In this document: positions 47,325 through 59,400 of the stretch, one piece after another
Layout of the letters: every line of letters starts with the position of its first letter
Position numbering within the stretch: the first letter of the stretch is position 1
Assembly (NCBI GenBank): GCA_963788655.1
Contig: CAWBHS010000100.1
Coordinates: 1-64,000 of the forward strand
Direction: 5' to 3'
DNA from: an uncultured Verrucomicrobiae bacterium
Lineage (GTDB): Bacteria > Verrucomicrobiota > Verrucomicrobiia > Limisphaerales > JAFGQR01
Length of the DNA stretch: 64,000 nt
Made by a program: the position numbers and the translations under genes
The notes under the pieces: generated by a model
Databases searched by the model: none
Seen by the model: the letters and a program-made list of their open reading frames with translations, nothing else
What the model was told of the DNA's origin: nothing

Positions 47325-49394
47325 TCATGACGCCCCAGCCTGCGAAGGGGATTGCTCCGGAGTCGAACCAGTCTTCGCCTGCGCGGTGACTAAATCCATG
47401 ACGGTCACAATCCCTTGCAGGTGTTGATCCGCATCGACCACGAGCAACTTGTTCGAGCCGCTGCGAATGAATTGCTTCATGGTGTCGCCCACGGAGACGT
47501 TGGCGCCGATGGTGGGCTGCGCTGCCAGACGCATTTGGTTCAAGGGCGTGTCGAGGCCGGTTTCGGGCCGCTTGAGGAATTCGTAAAAATCCTCCCGGAC
47601 GACGGAGCCGACGACGCGCCCGTCACCGTCCACCACGGGATACGAACTGCGCGGATGACCTTGGGCGACCGCCAGCGCCTCGCGCACGGTGGTTGCCGGA
47701 GTGAAGGTGTGCAGGTGGCGCTCCATCAGCGCCGACACCGGTTGAGCGGCCCATTCCGCCGGGAGCTTGCGCCCCACGGCTGCCACCATTTCGCGGGACT
47801 GAAACTTGTTTGCCGACTTCTGGAAGAACTGTCCCAGTGAGCCGGCGCCGCTGGCAATCTGCCGGAATACGCCGCCCGGAATGGACACCAGTTTCGACGG
47901 CTCGACGGCGCGCGCGTCATAATGCCAGATGCCGTCCTCCATCAGGGCTCGTTCGCCGAAGTGACCGCCCGCAGTAACGCGTTGCATGATTTCTCCGTCC
48001 TCGCGCAGTTCCACGCAGCCCTGTTTGACGATGTAAAACGAAAAGGCGGGTTCACCGGTGTGGAAGAGCACGTCATCCTGTTCGAGGAAGATTTCCTTGA
48101 TCTGTTTTGTGAAGCGCGGACTCAGGTGGTTGATGTCGCGCGGGAAAAACAAATCCAAGGTCCAGTCGAGCATCACCCGAACCTTGCGGTCGAACCGCGG
48201 TAGCTTGGCCAGATAAACACTGCGCCACAGCCACCAAGCCAGAAAGCCGGAGAAGTTGATCCCGAAAATGTTGGCCACCGCCACGTGATGGCCGATGGAG
48301 GCCATCTCGCCCTGGCCACGAAACGTGAACGGCTGCGGCGGTTGGTCCCGCAGCAGCCGGGTCACGTTGTTGGCCAGATGAACGCCCTGCCGCAAGGCGA
48401 ATTGCGCGGTGCCGGGACAATAGCCGCCGGTGGCCAGGGGGAAGGCCGCGCAATCGCCGGCGGCCCACAACTTGGACTGCCCTTTCACTTGGCCCGTTGG
48501 TTCGGTGAGAATGCGACCGTGCTCCGCTGCGAAGCCGTTCTGTTCGCAGAGCCGAACGATGAGCGGGTGGGGGGCGTTGCCGACAGTCGAGATGACCGTG
48601 TTGGTTTCGATGGGGGAACCATCCTCCAAATATACCCGATGAGCGGTGACGGCTTTGACCCGCTGGTTCAGCACCAGTTTGAGCCCGCGTTCCTGCAATT
48701 TCCGAGCGCTATATTCGCCCAGCTTGCGGCTCAGTGTCGGCAGCAAATGGTCACCACCGTGAACGAGATACACCTGCAAATCGTGGGCGCCAATCGACGG
48801 ATAATAGACGTGAATTGAGCGGAACAAATCCAGGATGTGTCCCGCGGTTTCGACGCCGGAATAGCCGCCGCCCACCACGACGAACGTCAGCAGGCGGCGT
48901 TTCAATTCGGGTTCCGGTTCGACGTTGGCTTCCTCAATGCGCGCCAAAATGGTTGCCCGCAGAAACATGGCGTCGCCGACGTTGCGCATGAGAAAGGAGT
49001 GCTCGGGCATGCCGGGAATGCGTTTCAAGTCCACCACCGCGCCCAACGCCAAAATGAGTTGGTCGTAACGCACGGTGAAGTTGCCGGTGAACGGGCCCGC
49101 ATTCAGGATCAGGCAGCGGCCCGGCCAATCGATGGCTTCGATGTGGCCGCGGAAGACCCGGGTATTCCGGCACAATAGACGTAGCGGATTGACCACGTGC
49201 CGCGGCGAGATTGATGCCCCGGCCACTTCCGGCAACATCGGTTGGAAGACCATATAATTCTCCGCCGAGATCAGGCCGATTCGCGGTGGCGAGCTTCGGC
49301 CGAATTGGCGGCCCAGGGTTTTCGCACAATAGACGCCCGCAAATCCCCCGCCCAAAATCGCAAGGTCCAGATGGATGACGTTGTTCTCGCTCAT
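47325..49394 (-). CDS. ndh: Type II NADH dehydrogenase fused to cNMP-binding and CBS domains
   Basis: GGGFAG, GGGYSGVE, AAGDCA, AQFA; FYIVKQG..GHFGERAL; YPVVD, LLVVD..GIVT. Confidence 0.88.
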   Translation of the reverse strand: MSENNVIHLDLAILGGGFAGVYCAKTLGRQFGRSSPPRIGLISAENYMVFQPMLPEVAGASISPRHVVNPLRLLCRNTRVFRGHIEAIDWPGRCLILNAGPFTGNFTVRYDQLILALGAVVDLKRIPGMPEHSFLMRNVGDAMFLRATILARIEEANVEPEPELKRRLLTFVVVGGGYSGVETAGHILDLFRSIHVYYPSIGAHDLQVYLVHGGDHLLPTLSRKLGEYSARKLQERGLKLVLNQRVKAVTAHRVYLEDGSPIETNTVISTVGNAPHPLIVRLCEQNGFAAEHGRILTEPTGQVKGQSKLWAAGDCAAFPLATGGYCPGTAQFALRQGVHLANNVTRLLRDQPPQPFTFRGQGEMASIGHHVAVANIFGINFSGFLAWWLWRSVYLAKLPRFDRKVRVMLDWTLDLFFPRDINHLSPRFTKQIKEIFLEQDDVLFHTGEPAFSFYIVKQGCVELREDGEIMQRVTAGGHFGERALMEDGIWHYDARAVEPSKLVSIPGGVFRQIASGAGSLGQFFQKSANKFQSREMVAAVGRKLPAEWAAQPVSALMERHLHTFTPATTVREALAVAQGHPRSSYPVVDGDGRVVGSVVREDFYEFLKRPETGLDTPLNQMRLAAQPTIGANVSVGDTMKQFIRSGSNKLLVVDADQHLQGIVTVMDLVTAQAKTGSTPEQSPSQAGAS

Positions 49395-49709
49395 GAATCG
49401 TCGAATAGCCTTTGTGGTGTCGCTGTCGCCCGGCCGGGATCGCGGTTTTCCGCTGCCACGCGTTGCTTCGGTCCCCCGGCAGGGCGCTCCTTTACTTTAC
49501 ACCGATTCTGTAATTGCGAAATGTATCCGTCTTCGCGACCCGCAGGCCAGCCGTTCCGGGTGTCTCAAATGCACCCAAGACAGTCGCCGCTTTTGGCACG
49601 TTGCAATTGCATTTGAAGGAAAATTGCCAAGCTACGCGGGGGGTAAAGGCCTTTGCGTTCCGAATCCAGGAGCGACGCTGGGGATTACGACCGAAGGGTG
49701 CGCATCCCG

Positions 49710-50189
49710 TTACGCCACCCGCTTGCGGAACACCGGCTTGGCGTCGGCCAGATTGAGCATCGAAAGGTCGAGCCCTTCTTCGGGCGCTCGTTTCTTGGCT
49801 TTCTTGAGCTGCCGCGCGATCTGTTTACCGGCATCCAAGGCAAAGTATTTGACCGCTCCCACGCTGACGCGCGCGGGAAAGATGGTGGTCAGCAAGCAAT
49901 ATTCGTCCACGTTCATAATCAGCAGGCTGTTGGCTTCCCCCTGCTGATACATGCTGCTAAAATTCTTCTCACTGACCAGGTCAGCCAGGCTTTGGGTGGC
50001 GGCGAAGGAGCCGGCCGCCAGCGCCGCGAGGGTGGTGGTGTCAAAATCTCCCGTGCCGCATTCCGTGATCAAGAAACCGCCCTTGTCAATGATGAGCGCC
50101 ACGGTTGCCTCACTCTGCTCCAAGAGCTCCTGCAATGCCTCGGTGAAGGCTTGTACGTCTTCCTCGATCAGTTGGGGAAGCGTGGGCAT
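49710..50189 (-). CDS. mglB: MglB-like roadblock/LC7 protein
   Basis: LIIDKGGFLI, LAALAAGSFAAT..LA, VGAVK; adjacent to mglA. Confidence 0.88.
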   Translation of the reverse strand: MPTLPQLIEEDVQAFTEALQELLEQSEATVALIIDKGGFLITECGTGDFDTTTLAALAAGSFAATQSLADLVSEKNFSSMYQQGEANSLLIMNVDEYCLLTTIFPARVSVGAVKYFALDAGKQIARQLKKAKKRAPEEGLDLSMLNLADAKPVFRKRVA

Positions 50190-50190
50190 A

Positions 50191-50805
50191 TCACGCCGCT
50201 TTGCGGTTGCCGGCGTTGATGAATTTGTGGAGCAGCAGCCGGGTGATCATGTTCAGCGATTCGAAAACGCCTTCGCATTTGTGGGCGCAGGCGGTGAACG
50301 AGGGAACCTGCTGCTCGCCGTTGTTCAACAGAAACTCGAGATACTCGACCGGCGCGACGTTGGGGAGGTCGCGCTTGTTGTACTGCACCACGTACGGGAT
50401 GTCGGCCAGGTTTTGGTTCAAGGTCTTCATGTTCTCCCGGAGATTCCCGAAGCTCTTCACGTTTTCCTCCATCTTGTCGTACTGGGAGTCCGCCACGAAT
50501 ACCAGGCCATCGACGCCCCGCAGCACCAATTGGCGCGTGGTGTTGTAAATCACCTGGCCGGGCACGGTGTAAAGCTGGAATTTGGTTTTGAAGCCCTTGA
50601 TGGCCATGGCTTCAATGGGCAGGAAATCAAAGAACAGCGTCCGGTCGGAATTGGTGGCCAGCGACACCAGCTTTCCTTTGCTGCCTTGCGCCGTTTGGAC
50701 GTGTTCGTGGACCTGCACCAGGTTGGTGGTCTTTCCCCCGAGGGCGGGCCCGTAATACACGATTTTAACCTGAAGTTCCTTCGTTGCTTGGTTGATAATC
50801 GCCAT
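50191..50805 (-). CDS. mglA: MglA-like small GTPase
   Basis: KIVYYGPALGGKTTN, RTLFFDF, TVPGQV.Y, NKRDL. Confidence 0.95.
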   Translation of the reverse strand: MAIINQATKELQVKIVYYGPALGGKTTNLVQVHEHVQTAQGSKGKLVSLATNSDRTLFFDFLPIEAMAIKGFKTKFQLYTVPGQVIYNTTRQLVLRGVDGLVFVADSQYDKMEENVKSFGNLRENMKTLNQNLADIPYVVQYNKRDLPNVAPVEYLEFLLNNGEQQVPSFTACAHKCEGVFESLNMITRLLLHKFINAGNRKAA

Positions 50806-50819
50806 AAGTCAATACAACA

Positions 50820-53148
50820 CTATTTGCCCCGACGGCTGAGTTCCGCGGCAATGAAATCCAGTTTGTCCTGCGGCAATTCGTCTTGCGGCCGGCCCAGCGC
50901 GGCAAAATAGATGGCGCCGGGGTGATAGATTTGCAGCCGGCCTTTGTCGATCGTCAGCGTCACACTCTTCAATCCGCCCAATTGAAATTCCTTCGCGTAT
51001 TGGCTCATCCGACCGATGATTTGCGGCAGGAAGGCCCCGACGGTTTCGGCTTTCACGCCGGGCGGCATGCAATGCGCCACCAGCAAACCATCTTGCAGGG
51101 CGATCAACGCGCCGGCCACTCCGGGCAACTCGACCGTCTTGTTGACAATGTCGTTCGGCGTCCATTTGCGTTTGTTGGGTTCGCCAAACAACTCCGCCAG
51201 GTTCGCCGGACGTTTGCCGCCTTTGCCGGACCGTGCCGACGGTTTAGGGGCGGCGTCCGGCAGGGGGGCATCCACTGGTTTGGGAGCCGCTTCGTCTGTG
51301 GCTGGGAGCGGCGTCGGCGCGGTTGTTTTCGCGGGCTCTGGTGAAACGGTCTGCGGGCTGGTACCCACGCTGAACAGATCAGGAATTTCGTTGGGAACCG
51401 CCGGTTTGGGACCGGTTGGTTTTCTGGTTTTCTGCCGCAGGAACAACGGCGCCACAATCGGTAACGGCAGCGTTAATCGGGCTTCCCCGTAAGGCGAATC
51501 GTAGGTTTCTGGCGGCCCGGGATTGAGCCATGAACAAATTTGATGCCACAGATATTCGATCTTGCCCTGGCGCAACGCCGGTTCAATGGCTGGGAAAGGA
51601 ATTTCAATGCGCGAGGCCGTGAGAACCGTGTTGGGCGATCTCCTTCTGCACCGGTTCGGGCCAGGCGCCGAGTACCAGGTTCAAGGGCAGGCTGAGCACT
51701 CCTTTGGCTTCAATGATCTTTGGGGTGTGCTCCGTATCCGAACCGGTCGTCGGTGCCGGAACCGCGGGCGCAACGTCGGGAGGAGGAATACTGGGCACCG
51801 CCGGTGCCGCCGCTTGAGGTGGCGGCGGAACGGTTGCTTGGACAACGGGCGGAGGAGCAGCTTGAGTTACCGGCGATGGCACGTTCGCGGGAGACGCCGG
51901 ATTGGCGGTGGAAGGTGCTACCGGTTCCGCCGCGGTCGGAGGAATGACCGAAGCAGCGGGCATTGGCGTTGCCACTTCTGCCACTACGGGCGGCGGAGGT
52001 GGCGCTTCGATCTTGCCGCCTTTCCGGAAGAATTCGGTAACGTGGTTGGAATCGACGGGTTGGCCGGACGACGTGGAGCGAATGAAATCCAGAAACAAGG
52101 GCGTCACGACGTTTAACGGCAAGTCGAGCACCGTGTCGGCATTCGGCGACGGCAACGATTGCGACGGGATTGGCAGAATGCGGGAGCGGAGACTGCCCCA
52201 GTTATATTGCAGCTTGCCCCGTTTGAGCCCCTCACAGATTTCCGGCGAGGGCAGGGCACACTTGGCAAACGGAACCTTCAGTTGGGAAATTTCAGCGCGA
52301 ATGGCGTCCGGCCAGCCGACCGCGATTTCTTCCAACGCAATGAGAAAGGTCTGCGCACGCAAGGAAGAGGGTGCCGGGGACGGGGGCGGCATTGCTGGCG
52401 GCAACGGGGCGGAGGGCATCGCTGCGGCGGGCGCTTCGGGCTGGACGGGAATCGTCGGGGCAAAATTGAACGATGGCGTCGGACCAGGCCCCGCTTGCAT
52501 CGGCCTGGTCGCCGATGGAACCGGAGGGGTTCCCGGAGGCGGCGCCGACGGTGGAGCAGGGGGGCGGGGTGGTGCCGGTTGAGCCGCGGGCGCTGGTGGG
52601 GTCTCGTTCTTTTCCTGCGCCTGCACCTGGGCGGAAGGTTTACCTTGCGCGTCAAAGACGTCGCCGATTTCGTCCGGCACTTCGACCGCCTGCCGCACCG
52701 GCTTGGGCGCGTAGTCTTCCGGATTCAGTTGGCGCAAAATATAGCTGAGCGGCAAATCGACCCACTGTTGGTCGTGTTCGTGGCTTTCGGCGAAGACGCC
52801 ATAAGGAACGCCGCGTTTGAGTTCGCCGATGGTCACCTTGACGGCCCCTCGCGGCAACTGTTCCAGCACGCTGGCTTTGGGGATTGTGAAGTTGCACCCG
52901 GCGCATCCTGCCGGGGCAAGTTTGCCGCAGTACTCACGGGGAACCTGCTGCACGATGGCGGCGTAGGGCACCTGCAGCGGATCGAGCCCGATCGGCATCG
53001 ACTCCGGATTCGGCAGCGGAGGCAGCTCGGATTGAGCGACGCCGCCAGCATCGGAATCCGCGGTTTCCGGATGCGGCAGAACAGATAACAGCGGCTCGGG
53101 CTCAGGAGCCGGAGACCTGCCAAACAGTCTTTTTAGGGCACTAAACAT
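50820..53148 (-). CDS. Pro-rich protein with a C-terminal roadblock/LC7 domain (frameshift ~51610)
   Basis: Repeated L.LPL..I/GKx.Y.W modules, Pro/Ala linkers, and C-terminal LPGVAGALIALQDGLLVA. Confidence 0.7.
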
Positions 53149-53274
53149 GGCAACCTTGAAACCAAGCGAAGCAGGTCACAAGCCATCTCTTAAGGGGAAC
53201 AGGTATCGGCTTGGTTTTTGCTTAATTGTTTATCCGGTACTGACGATGATGACGGTAAGTAGTAGCGCATTGAC

Positions 53275-54355
53275 ATGCCATTGAATCCGAAAATCCTGCT
53301 GCTCGACGATGATCTAGGCATTCTGGATCTCTATCGCGAGATGCTCAGCCAGCACCTGCCCAGTTTGCCGGAGGTGCGAACGGCCTCCAATGCCTCGCGG
53401 GCCCTGGCGCTGCTGGAATCGGATGCCTTTGATCTGATGGTCGCGGATTTGAACATGCCCAAGATGGACGGGCTACAAACGCTCTCCATCGCCCGCCGTA
53501 AATACCCGCAAATGCGCCTGGTGGTATTGACCGGCATTCGCGACGAACAGTTCCGCACCCGGGCCTACGCCATGGGCGTGGACCAGTACTGGATCAAACC
53601 CGAATCCGACCAGGAATTGGGCTTGTTCATGGAGTCCATCGAGTCGCTGCTGAGCCGCGAGGACCAGGGCGGCTTCCGGGGTGTGCAAAGCAAAAGCCTC
53701 GTGGACATCATTCAATTGGAGTGCCTGTCGCAAAGCACCACGACGCTGAAAATCATCAACGGGGTCGTGGAAGGGCGAATTTGGATCCAGAGCGGCGAGG
53801 TGACCGACGCCGAAGCCTTGGGCCTGACCGCGGAACCGGCCTTCCAACGCATCTTGTCCTGGAAAGCCGGCAGCTTCGAAATTCTCCCCGGCGATCCCCA
53901 TCGCTCGCGTACCATTTTTACGTCGTACCAAGGACTGCTGCTCAACACCGCGCAAGCCCTTGATGAAGAAGCCTCGCAAATGCCCACCCTGCGCCCCACC
54001 TCGACGGATCCGGTTCCGGACGCGGCCATGCGCCTGGCGGAACTGTCCGAATTCCCGGGCGTCGAGTTTGTGCTGGCTGGCGGGGCCGACAAGGACAGCA
54101 AAGAGAACTATTGGGGCTTGGAACATCCCAAGCCCCTGGCCGATTGGGCGCACGCGACGTTGCAACGCTTCAACGATTTGGGCGAACAATTGCAAGTCGG
54201 GCAACTCCAACAAATCATCGGCACCGGTCCGCAACGCAAAGTGGCACTGGCCAACTCCGGTCAGTCCCAATTGTGTGTCGGTTTCACCCCGGCGCTGCCG
54301 GCGGACGTCGGTGCGCGAAACCATGAAAACCATCCTCACCAAATGGGCTTCCTAG
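53275..54355 (+). CDS. Response regulator + DUF4388 (PATAN-like) protein (frameshift ~54310)
   Basis: ILLLDDD, DLNMPKMDG, GFRGVQSKSLVDIIQLECL, W..GSFE. The natural end ...TMKTILTKWAS lies in another frame. Confidence 0.8.
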
Positions 54356-54669
54356 GCTTGTTTCCCAAATCCAAATACTCCCGGCTGCTGCATTTGCCGG
54401 CCGGCAGTTTCACCCTCGACCGGGAAGGCCGCGTGATGTCCTCCACGTTGCCCAGTTCCTTTCCCAAGGCGCACATGAGTCAGATCGCCCAAAAGGTGCT
54501 GGCTACGTTCGCCTCCGCGCAAGCGGCGCAAATGCCGTTGGCCGAAATCATCATTTCCTACGCCGCGCTGCGCATCCTGGCGCGCGAATTGCGGGGTGGA
54601 GCGATTGTGTATTTGATGCCTCAGGCCCTGAACCAACCGGTAAAACCGTTGAAAACTGCTCTCAACTGA
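54343..54669 (+). CDS. Small roadblock-like hypothetical protein
   Basis: ATG at 54343, MGFLGLFP...ARELRGGAIVYL; fused to the upstream gene in the ORF track. Confidence 0.55.
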   Translation: MGFLGLFPKSKYSRLLHLPAGSFTLDREGRVMSSTLPSSFPKAHMSQIAQKVLATFASAQAAQMPLAEIIISYAALRILARELRGGAIVYLMPQALNQPVKPLKTALN

Positions 54670-54681
54670 CGTGGTGTTCCC

Positions 54682-55092
54682 ATGACCAAAAACCATCTCG
54701 AAGATCTCATCATCCGCATGGAAAGCTATCTGGAGTGCTGGAAGCAATACAATGCTTTCATGAACATGGCGCGCTCCAAGAAATTCACCAACGAGGACGA
54801 AAACCAATTCCTGGAAATCAAGAGTATGCTCACCCAGGAACTGGAACTGATTCTCTCGCGGGTCGATTGCGGCCCGGTGAGCCGCGACGACGTCCACTCC
54901 TTGCTTTCCTCCGGCCCGTCCATCCGTTTTCTGAGCGAGATGAACGAGAACGCCCTGCGCAACCTCGAAAACCATTGGCACAAGATTTTCATTGGCTGGC
55001 AGTGCATTCTGGGTCAACTCAAAGTCAAGCAGCAGCAAGTCTCTTCCAATGCAGGCGTAGGCGCCTGGTTCCGTGGCAAGAAAGCCGCCTGA
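54682..55092 (+). CDS. Conserved hypothetical protein
   Basis: Clean 136-aa ORF in operon context. Confidence 0.75.
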   Translation: MTKNHLEDLIIRMESYLECWKQYNAFMNMARSKKFTNEDENQFLEIKSMLTQELELILSRVDCGPVSRDDVHSLLSSGPSIRFLSEMNENALRNLENHWHKIFIGWQCILGQLKVKQQQVSSNAGVGAWFRGKKAA

Positions 55093-55192
55093 ATCGGGCG
55101 CATCAGAGGACAAATTTAAGCCGCCAGTTTTCTCGCTGGCCTTGCCGAAGTTCGTGAAGCGTTTGACTTGTGCGGAGCCTGCGCCCCGTCTT

Positions 55193-55415
55193 TCGTGCTC
55201 TTGCTCCTACTCTTGCTCTTGCTCTCGATTCGTCGCAGAAGAGCAAGCGTAAGAGCATGAGCATGAACCTGGCGGAAATCCCGCGACCCGTTTCGATTCA
55301 ACAGCAGTGGGGCTGAGGAAAGGTTGCGAACGCTCCAGGCCCTTCTTGCCCCCGTCACATCCCTTCCCCCTTCATTGTTCACGCTTCAACCCTTCACGCT
55401 TCAACCCTTCAACTC
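55193..55415. repeat. Low-complexity hexamer/heptamer repeats (CTCTTG/GAGCAA; CTTCAAC/CTTCACG)
   Basis: Visible tandem units; CTTCAAC-type units recur at 62845-63010. Confidence 0.7.
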
Positions 55416-55476
55416 GCCTTCCTCATTTCGCCATTTCCGGCTTGTCAATCCGCTCGCTTTGGCGTCTAACCAGCCC

Positions 55477-56265
55477 GTGCCCGATTGGATCACTATTATT
55501 TTGCTGGGACTCATTGAAGGAATCACCGAATTCCTGCCCGTTTCCTCGACCGGCCACTTGCTACTGGCCGAAGGATGGTTGCCGCGTCAAAGCGACCTGT
55601 TCAACATCGTCATTCAATGCGGCGCCGTGATTGCCGTGCTGCCGCTGTTCCCCGAACGCTGCCGACAGGTGCTCTTTGGCTGGCGCGATCCGGGCGCCCG
55701 CAACTATCTGTTGAAACTGGGGCTGTGCTTTTTTCTGACCGGCGTTGGCGGATTGATCCTCGACAAATTGAACTTCGAACTGCCCGAAACTGTTTATCCG
55801 GTTGCGCTGGCCCTCCTGGTTGGCGGCGTCCTGTTCCTGGTCATCGAGCGTTGGCTTAAAGGCAAAACCCTTCACGACGAAATCCCCTGGAGCATTGCGG
55901 CGCTGGTGGCAGGCGGTCAATTGCTGGCGGCGGTCTTTCCCGGCTTGTCCCGCTCCGGCGCCACCATCCTCTTGATGCTGGCATTTGGCATCAGCCGTCC
56001 GGCCGCCACGGAATTCTCTTTTCTCGTCGGCGTGCCCACGCTGCTCGCCGCCGGTGGACTGAAGATTTTTAAAGCCCTCCATCATCCGCCGCCCGGCGCC
56101 ATTCCCGAAGATTGGGTGATGGTTGCCCTGGGGACCATCGTGTCGGCCCTCGTTTCGTTTGTGGCGGTCAAGTGGCTCTTGCGCTACGTGCAAACGCACA
56201 CGTTTGTTGCCTTCGGTTGGTACCGCATCATTCTGGGAGGAATCATCCTGGCGCTCATGCGCTGA
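55477..56265 (+). CDS. uppP: Undecaprenyl-diphosphate phosphatase
   Basis: EGITEFLPVSSTGHL, PGLSRSGAT, TEFSF, FGWYRI. Confidence 0.96.
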   Translation: MPDWITIILLGLIEGITEFLPVSSTGHLLLAEGWLPRQSDLFNIVIQCGAVIAVLPLFPERCRQVLFGWRDPGARNYLLKLGLCFFLTGVGGLILDKLNFELPETVYPVALALLVGGVLFLVIERWLKGKTLHDEIPWSIAALVAGGQLLAAVFPGLSRSGATILLMLAFGISRPAATEFSFLVGVPTLLAAGGLKIFKALHHPPPGAIPEDWVMVALGTIVSALVSFVAVKWLLRYVQTHTFVAFGWYRIILGGIILALMR

Positions 56266-56423
56266 TCAAACTCATTGACCCGTACGAAAGGACATCAAGT
56301 CGGTGGAACCACAGCCAGAGTTGTTAAACCGTCGAACGATTAAAGGATTGAACCGGCGGAGAATTTGCATGGCCCTGGTAATTCCATCCAACCTCGCCAG
56401 AACTTGAATCGTCACGCCCACGG

Positions 56424-59400
56424 CTACCGCGGCACCCGATACACCGTCATCTCACCCTTGGCCCCGAGCACGGCGAATTGGCCGGGGTTGCTGGTCGCGC
56501 ACACCGCGATGGGATGTTGTCCCGTCAGTTCAAGACGCGTGACTTGGTGAACCCCGGCCGAATCCACCTCGATCAACCACAGTTGAAAACGGGAAAGCAG
56601 CACCAGCGGACCACCCGGCACGAAGGTGCCTTGAGGTGAGGCGAGGTCGCGATCCAGTCCGATCAAGTCGGTTGCGCCGACCCAATGCATGGCCGCGCCG
56701 TGTTCGAGCATGACGGCCACACCGGGCCGTGTGTGAGGCAGCGTGGGCAGCAAACCCACCACCTGGCCTGGTAACTCGACGCGCGTCAGTCCGCCATCGC
56801 TGCGCGTGAGGACCAGGCGGTTGCCCAACGCGATGGCGGCGTTATTGCCAATCGCCTTGAGGCACAGGCGGCTTCGCTCAGTGCGGTCGGCTTCAGCCAA
56901 CAGGTCGCTCGTCACGTCCATCGTGCGTCTCAAGGTGCCGCGTTGGTCGTGGCACGAAAGAACCGCCCGTCCTACGGCCACGTGAACGGACCACACGGTT
57001 TCTTCTCCAAAGGCAATGGGAAAATCATGTTCGGGTAACCAATCAGGTGTTCCCGCAACGCAATCCCTTCCAAAGAACAAATCGGAAGCCGGGAAATGTT
57101 TTGGCTCCAGCCGCACCCCGCTGGCGATGGCCAGTGCCACTTCACGGCCTTGTTCGCGCGTGGGCTCGAACACCAACGCCGCATTCCTCACCAGCACCGC
57201 GGAGCAGTTCCACGAAACGCTCTGAATTTCGCCCTCCCAAATTCCGCGCACCATGGTCAGCCGTTTGGCGGTCACGCCCAGCGCAAAGAACCCATGCCAT
57301 TCGCTGCGCAGTTGCAGCCACTCCATCTGCCGGGGCAATTCAAAGCGCCGCTCTACCACGGGTCGGTTACCGGTCGTGGGCTTGGGGGTGACGCGGTGGG
57401 CCCGCAACTCCCGGTCCCGTCGTGCCAAGAGGTAGCGGTTCGAGTCCCGCACCAGTAACCGGTCCTGTGGTGCGAGACGAACCAAACACTCCATCAATTG
57501 CCCCGTTTCGTCGCTGGACACCGTTGGTTGGCCAAGCTGCCGGGCAATCAACACGCGTGAGAAATCCGCCGCGCTATGGCGCACCCGGTCGTCCGGATAA
57601 TGACGCGCCGGACCACCCAATGTCGTCAGCAGCGGCAACACCAGCGCCGTCGGTATTGGCTCGCAAGTCAACTGGGCGAGACGCTCCAAGGCCGTTTCGT
57701 GCCGGCCCAAACGGGCGAACCGTTGAAAGGCCGCGCCAAGACAGCCCGCCGCCTGCCGCGAAGCCGGCCATGCGCCCAGCAACAGGTCGAGCGATTCATC
57801 GGCGGCGTGCAAACGCGCCTCCACCAATGTCGCCGCCCCGAGGATATCATCTTGCGCCAACCGTTCGTTCACGACTCGACGCACCGCGTCCTCCGCCGCG
57901 GCGCGATTGCCAAGGCGCTCGTGCAAGTCCGCGACCTCCAGCCAACGCCCAAGTTTTTCGTAGCGTTCTATCGCTTCGGTGAAGAAGCCTCCGTCGGCCA
58001 GGCAGCGGGCGGCTTGCAGCGGATTTTGAGATGCTCCTCGTACAGCAGGGCGGCTTCACGGAAATGCTTCCCCTGCTTGAGCGCGTTCGCGGCGGAGACG
58101 AGGTCACCCAGTAATTCGGCGTAAATGTACGCCGCGCGGCGGTGCCGGCCGAGCTGCATTTCGCGATCCGCCATTTCGCGATAACGGAGACGAAGGAGGT
58201 TTTGCACGTTCGGCGGAACGTTCCAGAAATCCGCCGCGCGCCCCCCCAATCGGCTCAAATCGAAATTCGGCAGGCGCGAACCGAGCCCCGTCCCCGGCGG
58301 CGCCAACCCTCGGTGAGGGAAGGCATTCATGGGAATCGCATGCCGCAACGCCGCCTCCGGATCGGTGTCGAACAGATGCAACAAACGGTGAATTTCCCGG
58401 TTGCGGATCCGTTCACCTTGTTCGTTCAGACGGCGCAACTGGCGGTTGGCCCAATCTTCGAAGTCGTTCACCCACGTCCGCCGTCGGCCTGGGTGCGAGA
58501 TCCGGAGACGGCCCCCGCGATGGGTGGGCCGTGCCTCGCTGGCGAACTCGATCGGCATCGACGGCTCGCCAATTTCCCGAGCCGGAAGGTCGCGGATAAC
58601 CAGGGTGCCGAGCGGACTGAGGTTGATTTTCTGCCAGCCGTTGTTTCGGCCACGCATCGCCAGGCCATCCGGCGTGGCCGCGATAGCCTCGAAGAAGTAG
58701 TGCAGGTGCCACGTTGGCGTGGCGGGTTGGTCAAACGGTGCCTCGTTCGGACTCCAATGGAGATGGTGCGACGCACCAGCGGAAAGGTTGAAGTAATAGC
58801 CGTCCCGTCTGCCCTCGTCCGGGTTGTTCGTCTGCGGCACGAACAGGCGATGACCGGACTGGTACACGCGCACCAGGCTGAAATCCAGATCGACGTCCAT
58901 GGCATAGTTTAACGGGGTGCGCTCGCCGGTTACCGGAACAATCAGTTCGCCACTTCGGCTGAGCAGCCACGGGCCTTCCATTCCCTGGCGGTCGAATATC
59001 GTGACGATGTCATTGAACACGATCGAGCTGGGCAACGTCACCGGTTCGAACTTCACGTTCTGCCCATCCCAGGCTGCGAAATAGAAACCAGTCTGACCGC
59101 GAAAGAAACGGCCGTTGAGCCATTGATGCGGATTCACTGCGCGACCGAGTGGGCGTCCATCGTTCAAGGCGTGCGCTCGCACATCCGGATCCCGCAGCAG
59201 CAAAATTACCTCGCCGCACCCATGCACCGCCCTCACGTTCGCCCCGGAAACCAGGTGCGTGGCCCGCAGCGGGCCGTCGGGCAACGGGAACGAGAACAGC
59301 AGCACCGGGCCTTGGTGGCCCTGGCGCTTGACCACGTGGACCGTGGACTCGACGCAATCCATCCAGATGGTTTGGCCGCCGGGCAGTTCCTTGGTGAGGA

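Noticed and set aside
53275..54669. Single 464-aa fusion protein as given in the ORF track
   Set aside because: Better explained as two genes joined by a frameshift near 54310.
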